Both the position numbers and the translations under genes were made by a program. Shown one piece after another: positions 15,384 to 24,436 of a stretch of DNA of 44,834 nucleotides; position 1 is the first letter of the stretch, and each line of letters starts with the position of its first letter. The stretch is from Chromera velia (Eukaryota): assembly GCA_018398765.1 (NCBI GenBank), contig JAHBMJ010000443.1:186001-230834 (forward strand), read 5' to 3'. The notes below the pieces were generated by a model. That model did no database searches. It worked only from the letters and a program-made list of their open reading frames with translations, and had not been told where the DNA came from.

Positions 15384-15542
15384 TGGACCATAGATTTTAG
15401 CATCAAATTCATACAATAGAATAAACTCTAGTTCAAAATTTAATACACTGATCCCTTTCAAGCTGTACATTTATTTTTTTTTTCTTCTAGTTTTTCCTTG
15501 ATTCAAGTTCTAGTTCAATTTGCTAGCTTGAATCTGGCTTGC

Positions 15543-15564
15543 CTCTCTCTCTCTCTCTCTGAGA

Positions 15565-15649
<85 letters not shown>

Positions 15650-15725
15650 GTACAGACAGAGACACACACATACATACTATACACATACACGCATACACAT
15701 GCATACACACATAGACACACATACA
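15543..15725. repeat. (CT)n(CA)n(GA)n microsatellite
   Basis: Read directly. Confidence 0.9.
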
Positions 15726-16230
15726 GCCTGTGACACAGGGGACTGTCAGGGGTGTGTCACACTATGTCACACACATATTTACACATACACACCTCTGCAT
15801 GATTCAATTTGATGATTCTGATTCAATAAATTAATCTTATACTATAATATTGAAAAAAATCAAATTTTAAAATACATGTTATATTTTTTTTGCACAAAAC
15901 TTTAGTATTAAATCTATAGTATCAATACTACCAAATTTAAAAAAGACGATCAATTTTTATAATTACAATTTAATGATAGCTTCAAATTATTGCTGTTATA
16001 TATACTTCGGTACAATTTATATAAGCATGCAATGCTATTAACTATAAGAGTTACTACCTAACTTGAAATTGTAGCAGTTAACGATCAAATGTACAATTTA
16101 CTTTACTGAGAACCTTAATTAGAACTAGCCTTAGAAATACTAAAGAAATACTGTCAATTGAACAAATACTTCTAGCAGACATAGCACACGGTGTCACGAG
16201 CTAGTCGGAGCTACAGCCTGGGCTACCGCC

Positions 16231-18903
16231 TTAATTCCGCGCAGGCAGTTTGCCTTGAAATCTGTTTCCTTTTCGTATGTTGTCTTCCGACCACATTGGT
16301 TGAAGATTCGAAAAATGGAGACGCGCAATTCGAGTCTTGCCGTCCGGCCTCTTCCCGTCAGGCCCCGGGTATATGATGGGAGTACTGTGGTCAACATGCC
16401 AGTGGGTCCCGTAATTCGCCCACGACATTCCGACGTTGCCGTGAAACCCGTCTCTCTCCAAGTGGGACTTCAGTTGTTCAAACGAACAACCGAGGTACTC
16501 ATGGGAACGTCTTCGTTCAGCGGGCGGTTTCGCTTGCCGAATGGCCGAAGCGCACCTATATACCCACCTCCTGGCGGCCACCGTCAGCCGAAAGAGATGG
16601 TCCTGTCTGTACTTTGCTTTTGCTCGCTCCCTTCTCTCTGCAAAAACTGGATTATCCTTTTGGCATTCAGCACAGTAGGTTCTCCTGCGACCATGCTGAC
16701 AGATCGCCCCCCCTCCGCACTCTTTGCAAACTGACCGAACGCGCTTGTGTTCACATATCTGATTCCCGTTGCAATCCTTGCACACACCTCGACGGCGACC
16801 GTGCTCACATAATCCCTGCCCTCCACACTCCCTGCAGTAGCGCTTTTCGCGCCCGTGCTGACAAATACCTTTTCCGACACAGGCTCTGCGCCTTTGTCGG
16901 CCGTGCTCACAAATCTCGCTTCCACCACAGTCCCTGCAATACCTGCGATCGCGGCCATGTTCGCATATCCCCTTACCTCCGCATTCTTTGCAGCGATACT
17001 TTTGCCTCCCATGAGGACAGAGATCTCTTCGCTTTGGGGGCCGAGGCTCATAGGTAGGCCGTGAATCCTCCGAATCGATTGCATGAGGGAATCTCTCCAC
17101 AGAGTAACTGAGTGAGTCACTCATTTTGACCCCCTCTTCTCGGACAACTGCAAACTCTGTGAAATTCTGTTCTACCGACTTGGTCTTCTGACATGTGTCC
17201 TCAGACAAGGAAACTCTGCATTCAATGACACAGGAACGGTGGTCCGCACTCTTGGGCTCAGAGAGCTCAGAGACCGCAGATCCTCCAGCGGTAACGGTCA
17301 CCAGAGGCTTTCCAGTTTCATGTTTAGGTTGGAGGGTGTATCTCCCCACCTGCCAAAAGGCAGTGCCAGTGCCTCTTGCACTGAGGCAGCGACGTTGGAA
17401 CGAAGCTGCAAAATTGGAAAAAGATCGACGGCTAACGCCCCCACTGTGAAAACCTTGCAGAGGGGTCAAAAGTCGGTTGCATTTTTCTGGAGTGGGGGTT
17501 CGTGAGCCTTCAGGCAAAAATTGTATAGGTGGAAATGACGGTGACCTGCCAACGAATCGGTTTCCCTTCTGTAGGTTCTCTCTTGACCACATTGGTTGAA
17601 GATTCGAAAAATGGAGACGCGCAATTTGAGTCTTGCCGTCCGGCCTCTTCCCGTCAGGCCCCGGATACATGATGGGGGTGATGTGATCGACATGCCAGTG
17701 GGTCCCGTAATTTGCCCACGACATTCCGACGTTGCCGTGAAACCCGTCTCTCTCCAAGTGGGACTTCAGTTGTTCAAACGAACAACCGAGGTACTCATGG
17801 GAGCGGCGGCGCTGAGATGGCGCTACGCCACTCCTGATGCCAGAGAGACACCTTGCCACAGACCCTCGGATGATTTTCTTCAACCTATAGAGATAATCCT
17901 CTTTGTATCTTTGTCGCGCTCGTTCAATTTGTCTTTGTTTTCTTTCTACAAATAAAGGGTTATCCTGTTGGCACTCGGAACAATTCGAGCGAAGGCGCCC
18001 GTGCTCGCAGATGTGCTTCCCTTTACAGTCGCGACATACAGAATGTCTCCAACCGTGTTCACAGATCTCTTTTCCATTGCAGTGCACGCACCTGTATTTG
18101 TCTCGACCGTGAACACAAATTGCGTTTCCCCCACACTCTTTACAAAAACTCCTCTGGCGGCCGTGCACACAAATTCCTTTCCCACCGCAATCCCTGCAAA
18201 GACTTCTCTGACGGCCGTGTTCACAGATTCCTTTTCCACCACACTCCTTGCAATAGTACTGGAGCCGGCCATGCTCACAGAATCTTCTCCCACCGCACTC
18301 CTTACAAAACTGCCGCTGGCGGCCGTGCTCACATATTCCTTTGCCCCCACACTCCTTGCACAGGTATTTCTGCGTCCCATGCGGACAGCGGGCTCTAGGC
18401 CTTCGGACGACGGGGTCTGGTGAAATTGGTTCAGTCTCGAGCGATGCTGCTATTTTCTTAGAAGGCGGATGCAGGGGATCGGAATTCACTTTGTTCTCAA
18501 GGACAAACCTGTCCCCCCCGTTGACTTTTTCTGTCGAGGACGCGCGACTCCTGCTTGCTACTCTTGTAAAGTCTGCAAGTGCTGCAAAGCAACCATGCTC
18601 AGAAGCTTGCTCGGCGGAGTCGTTCAATCGCGATGTTGTGGGTCGGGTAAAGGAGAAACAACGTCCATTCGTGAGAGGCAGGGTAGCAACGGGGAGACAG
18701 GAAGCAGACGGAATACGTGATGTCCACGAGCACAGAGAGCCCGTTGTTGCCGGAATCACACGAAAGAAAGATGGTGTCCGGTCGATCTTATTGCCAATGT
18801 TGGATTGTATCCCCAACTTTTGCAAGCTCAGAGCTATTTTAGAGCGTCTCACGGTCTTGATGGCCCGAAAGTTCCGGCTCAACAATTGAACAACACCTTT
18901 CAT
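16231..18903 (-). CDS. 890-aa intronless protein with two tandem modules of 18-aa CxHG..CxxC zinc repeats plus HNH/HNN endonuclease domains
   Basis: 8 repeats (~18387-17970) precede LGCSFEQLKSHLE...MSWANYGTHWHVDHITP...HFSNLQPMWSRENLQKGN. Seven repeats (~17019-16662) precede a second copy ending NLQPMWSEDNIRKGN. The WxNYG-WHxDH...NLQPxW..N..KG pattern is, from memory, typical of phage/NCLDV beta-beta-alpha-metal nucleases. The N-terminus is Arg/Ser-rich and almost free of acidic residues. Confidence 0.88.
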   Translation of the reverse strand: MKGVVQLLSRNFRAIKTVRRSKIALSLQKLGIQSNIGNKIDRTPSFFRVIPATTGSLCSWTSRIPSASCLPVATLPLTNGRCFSFTRPTTSRLNDSAEQASEHGCFAALADFTRVASRSRASSTEKVNGGDRFVLENKVNSDPLHPPSKKIAASLETEPISPDPVVRRPRARCPHGTQKYLCKECGGKGICEHGRQRQFCKECGGRRFCEHGRLQYYCKECGGKGICEHGRQRSLCRDCGGKGICVHGRQRSFCKECGGNAICVHGRDKYRCVHCNGKEICEHGWRHSVCRDCKGKHICEHGRLRSNCSECQQDNPLFVERKQRQIERARQRYKEDYLYRLKKIIRGSVARCLSGIRSGVAPSQRRRSHEYLGCSFEQLKSHLERDGFHGNVGMSWANYGTHWHVDHITPIMYPGPDGKRPDGKTQIARLHFSNLQPMWSRENLQKGNRFVGRSPSFPPIQFLPEGSRTPTPEKCNRLLTPLQGFHSGGVSRRSFSNFAASFQRRCLSARGTGTAFWQVGRYTLQPKHETGKPLVTVTAGGSAVSELSEPKSADHRSCVIECRVSLSEDTCQKTKSVEQNFTEFAVVREEGVKMSDSLSYSVERFPHAIDSEDSRPTYEPRPPKRRDLCPHGRQKYRCKECGGKGICEHGRDRRYCRDCGGSEICEHGRQRRRACVGKGICQHGREKRYCRECGGQGLCEHGRRRGVCKDCNGNQICEHKRVRSVCKECGGGAICQHGRRRTYCAECQKDNPVFAERRERAKAKYRQDHLFRLTVAARRWVYRCASAIRQAKPPAERRRSHEYLGCSFEQLKSHLERDGFHGNVGMSWANYGTHWHVDHSTPIIYPGPDGKRPDGKTRIARLHFSNLQPMWSEDNIRKGNRFQGKLPARN

Positions 18904-19199
18904 TCTTGGTTCTCCTTTGCCAGAGGCATGAGCCTGAGTTCAGTCTACGGATTGCAGTATCATAGAAAAGAATGAAGTCTGGGACTGGCATCGGAACATT
19001 GTCTATACCGAAGTGTCTGTGGAACTGCAGAGGCTGCGCATAGTCGTCGCAAATACTCACCAAAGACACATTATTGAAGCGATGAAGCTTTTTGGAGACA
19101 CCAACTCCTGCAAAGATGTTTCTTAGCCTCCATGTGGATGTTTCTGGGCACAATGAAGCTCAATCACTGAGCTGAATGCCCAGGGCGTTTGATGCGCTC

Positions 19200-19450
19200 A
19201 CTGCATGGCAGTGCATTCTCAGCTAGCGGATAATATATAATCGACGTTGTGCTGCTTGCAACGCTTAATTGCAACACCTGAAATACGCGCGCATTGCAAC
19301 ACTTGCAACATGCTTGCACGCGCGCAAAACGTGTGGGGGCGGCCCGCGCGCGCGCGCCGCGGGCGCGCGATGCATGTGCGTTGGCCCAGCCGCGGACCGA
19401 ATTTGCACATGCACGCGGCCGGTCTCCCGGGACTCTCCCCAAAACGCGTG
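19200..19450. promoter_or_regulatory. TGCATG/TTGCA/GCGC-rich putative promoter of the HNH gene
   Basis: Dense TGCA(TG) and CGCG cluster 300-550 bp upstream of ATG 18903; same style as other upstream regions in the window. Confidence 0.4.
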
Positions 19451-20129
19451 GAGACGGCTTGAAGAATTAAAAATTTGAACCCTGAAAAATTTTCAGGGAT
19501 GCCGTGCCGTGGCCCCCGTCCATGGTATCTGTTAAGGCCCTTAGCCGCACCTATGGAAAGAAAAAAGTCGAATTACCAATAAATCGGGTTACATTTGCCT
19601 TTCGGGACCCGCGCTTTCCAGCAATTGTACAGCATGTGCATGGCGAACATGCACCTTTTGTCTAACCTTGATGTATCGGTACATATGTAAAAACACACAT
19701 AGAGGGGAATTGTACGTAGATTCGATCATCTGTGTAGTTTTCAAGGAAGGCGATAAAGCACACCGTCTAAGTGAAGCTGTTCTGAATTGCTCCGTTGTTT
19801 GACTATGCTACCAAGCTCAGTGGTAAGTTAAGACATGCCGCCTTACAGAGTGAGGAGTAAGCCGCACCACGACTGAGTGCGCTTGACAAAGAGGAAAAAC
19901 AGTTAATTTGATCTGCAAGAACCTCTTTTTGCCCGTCTTCTTTCTCTCTACTTAGCCCTTCTTGTCGTTCTTCAGCACCTGGTTTCTCGACTTCCTTCTA
20001 CCTCCACTTGAGGATTTGGGATGCAAAATGCTATCTATATATAGTGTGTATCACTGTGGATGCTATAGTATTCGCTTTGAAATGTTATGGAGAGGCTCAC
20101 CGCGTATGGGTCCAGCGCTTGGTGAGTTC

Positions 20130-21560
20130 AAGAGGGAGAGATGTGAATAGAAGCCGTTTGGGTCTGTGGATAAAGCTAGGTAAGCAAGTGTGTGAACAGA
20201 AGCCGTTTGGGCGTATGGGTGAATGTTTAAACGTGCGGGTGCATGGAGAAAGAGGGGCATGGAAAGGAAGTGTATGCAGTAACAGAATCCGTTTAGGCCT
20301 GCAGGTGGATGAATGAAGAGAGACGGAGAGAGCGAGCGTGTTTATGAGTATATATGAGTGTGTGAACAGAAGCCGCTTGGGCCTGCGGATGAATGAAGAG
20401 AGATCAATTGTGTGTCATTGAAGAAAAGCCGCTTGGGCCGCTGGTTAGGCCTGTGGATGAATGAAGAGAGATCGAGTGTGTGAACAGAAATATACAGAAG
20501 CCGCTTGGGCCTATAGATGAGTGAAGAGAGACAGGGAGAACGAGTGTGTGAACAGAAGCCGTTTGGACGTGTGGGTGAATGAAAGGAGACAAGGAGATAC
20601 AAGGAGAGCGAGTGTGTAAATAGAAGCTGCTTGGGCATGTGGGTGAATGAAGGAAGACAAAGAGATACAAAGAGAGCGAATGTGTGAACAGAAGCCGCTT
20701 GGGCATGTGGGTGAATGAAGGGAGACCAGGAGATACAAGGAGAGCGAGTGTGTGAACAGAACCCGGTTGGGCATGCGGGTGAAGAAAGAGGGACAAAGAG
20801 AACGAGTGTGTGAACAGAAGCTAGGAACAGGAGCCGTTTGGGCCCATGAATAAATAAAGAGGGATCAATTGTGTGTCATTGAACAAAAGCCGCTCGGGCC
20901 TATAGCTAGGCCTGTTGATGAATGAAGAGATATTAAGTACGTGAACAGAAGCCGCTTGGGCCTGCTGATGAATTAAGAGAGACAGGGAGAGTGAGTGTGC
21001 GAACAGAAGCCGTTTGGGCATGTGCATGAATGAAAAGAGACAAGGAGATACCTAGGGAGATATAAGGAGAGCGAGTGTATGAACAGAAGCCGCTTGGGCC
21101 TCATGCAGTAAATTAATGAAGAATAATGAAGAGAGACATGGAGAGCAAGTGTGTAAACAGAAGCCGTTTGGGGCGTCACGACGGTGTAGGTGCATGAACA
21201 CAGACAGAAAAACTTTAAGCGAGTGTGTGAACCGGTGTGAACACTGTCAGGCTAGGTGAATAGGAGCCGGTTAGGCGTGTGGGTGAATGAAGAGGGACAA
21301 GGACTCGCACAAGTATGTCAGCAGAAGATATTTGCATGGGCGTGTAGGTATCTGAATGAATAGAGACAGCCTGTCACTAAGAGAGAATGAAACTCAGTAT
21401 GTAAACAGAACTTCAAGCCGCTAGGGCCTGTGGGTAAACAGAAATAAACGAAGAGAGACAGAGAGAGCGAGTGTGTGAACAAAAGCCGTTCGGGCGTGTG
21501 GATGTGAGAGTATTAATAGAAGCCGTTAACTTTGGGCATATGGGTGAGTGATCGAAGAGA
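20130..21560 (+). repeat. Degenerate tandem array, ~20 units of ~45-80 bp with core GTGTGTGAACAGAAGCCGYTTGGGC
   Basis: The core recurs near 20188, 20358, 20544, 20612, 20680, 20748, 20941, 20995, 21075, 21150, 21471 and elsewhere. The intervening sequences are related to each other (TGAATGAAGAGAGAC...). Confidence 0.88.
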
Positions 21561-22479
21561 AACAGGGAAAATGAGGGAGTAAATGAGTGAGCAAGTGAAA
21601 CAGTGAGTGAGTGAATTAGTGAGGAAAACAAGAATGACTCAGTGAGTCAGTGACTAAGTATGTTGGTGAGTGAGTAAGTGAGCACAATCAACTACAGCAA
21701 CTAATACAGCCAGCATAGCAAGCGTATAGTTTAAGTCCCTATGCTTAAGAATGGACCTCTATGCTGAAGTCTGACCTTTATATTGATAGTATTATTCTAC
21801 GTTTTCTTGATATAAAATATAAGTTGATTAGATTATTTTTTTTTAGTTTATCAATGATAAATAAGCTGATAACAAATGTTTATAAATTTAGATTTAAGTT
21901 TTTAAAAGTAATTCTAGTGCTAGCTAGTTAAAGGTGATTGATCAACAGTGACTACCAGCTGCTGCACGTGAATGTTTTTCAAATCTAAATCTGTTTAATA
22001 ATACTGTTAGCTAAAAAACTTTTGAAATTTGACTATTATTTGATTAAGTATGTGTATGTGCATGAATGCGCGGCAAAAAGTTAAAAAAAAAACTATAATC
22101 TATCTAGATAATCTATATATTTTAAAGTTTTCACTACAAATATCAGACTAGAATAAAATTAATTCTCTGGAAAATTCTTTTAAAAATAGTTCACTGAGAA
22201 TTAGTTTTAAATTTTAATACTATCAAAACAATGATCGAAAACTAAAATTTAATATTTTTTAAATATTATTTTTAATTATTTTAAGAGAGAACCTTGAAAA
22301 GGCTAATGTTTAAGCCGTTTTGTTTCATTTGTTATTCAGATCGATTCTGATTAAAGAGTCGTTTCTGTACTTCTTCTACCATTGCCCAAAGAATGACATT
22401 CTGAGGCATCAACTTCTTGTAGGACAAATCATGGAAACTCAGAGTGCCTCTGCCTTAAACGTATAAATGACATCTATTG

Positions 22480-23229
22480 GGTGAGGGAAGAAAACAAAAC
22501 AAGTAAGCAAAACAGGAAGGCAATGGAAACGGAGGAAGGAAGAAGGCAAATAAGCAAGAAAAAGAAAAAAGAAGGAAGAAAAGAAGTAAGGAAGGAAGGA
22601 AAGAAAGTAAGAAGTCTTAGACGAAGAAAGAAGGAAGGCCAATTAATAAATATGGAAGGCAGGATGGAAGGAAGGAAGGAAGAAAGGAATTACAAAAACA
22701 AGAAAAAAGAAGGAAGAAAGAGAGGAAGGAAGGAAGGAAGGAAGGAAGGAAAAAAGGAAGGAAGGAAGGAAGAACGACAGGCAGGGATAAAGAACAGAAG
22801 AAAATGAAAAAAGAAGGAACTTCAAGGAAAGAAGAAAGCAGCAGGGGAAGGAAGAAAGAAGCAAAAGGAGAGACAGGGTAACGAAGGAAGGAAGAAGGAA
22901 AGAAGGAAGGAAAGAAAGAAGAAAGGAAGGAAGGAAGGAAGGAAGGAAGGAAAAAAGGAAAGAAAGAAAGAAACGAATGGAAGAAGGACGGGAGAAATAA
23001 CGGAAGAAAAGAAGGATGGAAGACAGGAAGGAAACAGACATAGAAAGCTTAAAAATTTTTGAACGAAAGAAAGAATGAAAGTAGGAGGGGGAACGATGCA
23101 ATGAAGGGAGAAAGGAAAGACGAAAAGAAAGGACTCTAACAAGGAAAGAAAGGAAGAAGAGATCGAAGAAAGAAGGAAGAAAGAAAGTCATAAAGAGAGA
23201 AAGAGAGAGAGAGGGAAAGAGAAAGAGAG

Positions 23230-23272
<43 letters not shown>

Positions 23273-23390
23273 GAAAGAAAGGAAGGAGGGAAGAAAAGGA
23301 GGAAGGCACGAAAACAATAATTAAGAAAAGAAGGGGAAAAAAATAATAAAGATGGAAGGGAAAGGGAAAGAAAAGAAGCTGTGTGCTTCA
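22480..23390. repeat. Polypurine low-complexity tract (GAAG/GAAA/GA)n
   Basis: Read directly. Confidence 0.9.
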
Positions 23391-23673
23391 ACTGGAAAAT
23401 ATGGAGAAAAGCAGAAGGGCATGAGGGAATTAACTTGTGTAAATAGAGCCGGAACGGCAAGACTCACTAATCACATGCTCACCTATAGTGACCGCACAGA
23501 GGTGGCATCTCAGGAAACCTTTGTACGCTTCTGAATCTTGTGTCCTGCACAGACAACAGTTCAGAAAAGACAGAAAACTGAAACGTACAATCAGATTACT
23601 GCGTGCATATATAATACATGCATTCTGCTTCTGTGATATCAAGAATTTGAGTGAAGATATTGTTGGAGACCCT

Positions 23674-23891
23674 GCGGCGCCGACAGTTCCCCAACAATAC
23701 CAAACCGGCCGGTTTGATATTGTTGGAGGGGGGTCAAAAAATCAAAATTTGCAAAAGTCCAAATATAAAACATCGCTTTCAATAACAAAACCGAACGATC
23801 CCCCACCTCAACAAAAAAAATGAAATTTTGACCCCTCCCCAGCAATATGGAACCGGCCGGTTTAATATTGTTGGAGAGCTGTCGGCACCGC
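23674..23891. mobile_element. MITE-like element with ~66-bp imperfect inverted repeats, each internally palindromic
   Basis: GCGGCGCCGACAGTTCCCCAACAATACCAAACCGGCCGGTTTGATATTGTTGGAGGGGGGTCAAAA (23674-23739) is the reverse complement of ~23826-23891. No TSD identified. Confidence 0.6.
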
Positions 23892-24059
23892 TAATTGTGA
23901 CAACAATAAGCGATACAAGTGTTGTTCAAAAAGAAAAAATGAAAAGCAAGGTGAAACCACCCATCCGTAACACATTCCGAAGCCATCGCGCACCTCCTGA
24001 GAAAAACTTTTTTTTGAACCCCCCCCCCCCTTTTAGTGCCTGACTCCCCCTGGCACGTA

Positions 24060-24436
24060 CCCACCGTCTCCGCCGTCTCCACCGTCTCCACAGTCTCCGC
24101 CGTCTCCGCCGTCTCCACCGTCTCCACAGTTTCCACCGTCTCTGCCGGCTCCACTGCCTCTAAAGTCTCCTCCCCCCTTGCCTCCCCCCCAATTGACCTC
24201 CCCTAACTGCGCCCTGGCCTACTGTTTCAGCCGTCTCCACCGTCTTCACCGTCTCCACCGTCTCCGCTGTCTCTGCCGTCTCCATCGTCTCCACCCTCCC
24301 TGCCATCTGTACCATCTCCACTGTCTCATCTAGTCTTCTTTCTCTCTTCCAGTATCTTCATGCTCGCCTCTGTCTCTCCCCCTCTTTGACCCCTGGACCC
24401 GCCTCACCCCTCCCTCCCCCCCCCCCCCCCCCCCCC
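24060..24436. repeat. 9-bp tandem repeat (CCGTCTCCR)n in two blocks, followed by a poly-C tract
   Basis: Blocks at 24062-24150 and 24230-24330; poly-C at ~24416-24436. Confidence 0.85.

Noticed and set aside
20130..21560. CRISPR-like repeat-spacer array
   Set aside because: The linkers are homologous to each other and the core is degenerate; the context is eukaryotic.
22439..23460. Lys/Arg/Glu-rich or Phe/Leu/Ser-rich ORFs
   Set aside because: Polypurine low-complexity DNA with no sign of coding.
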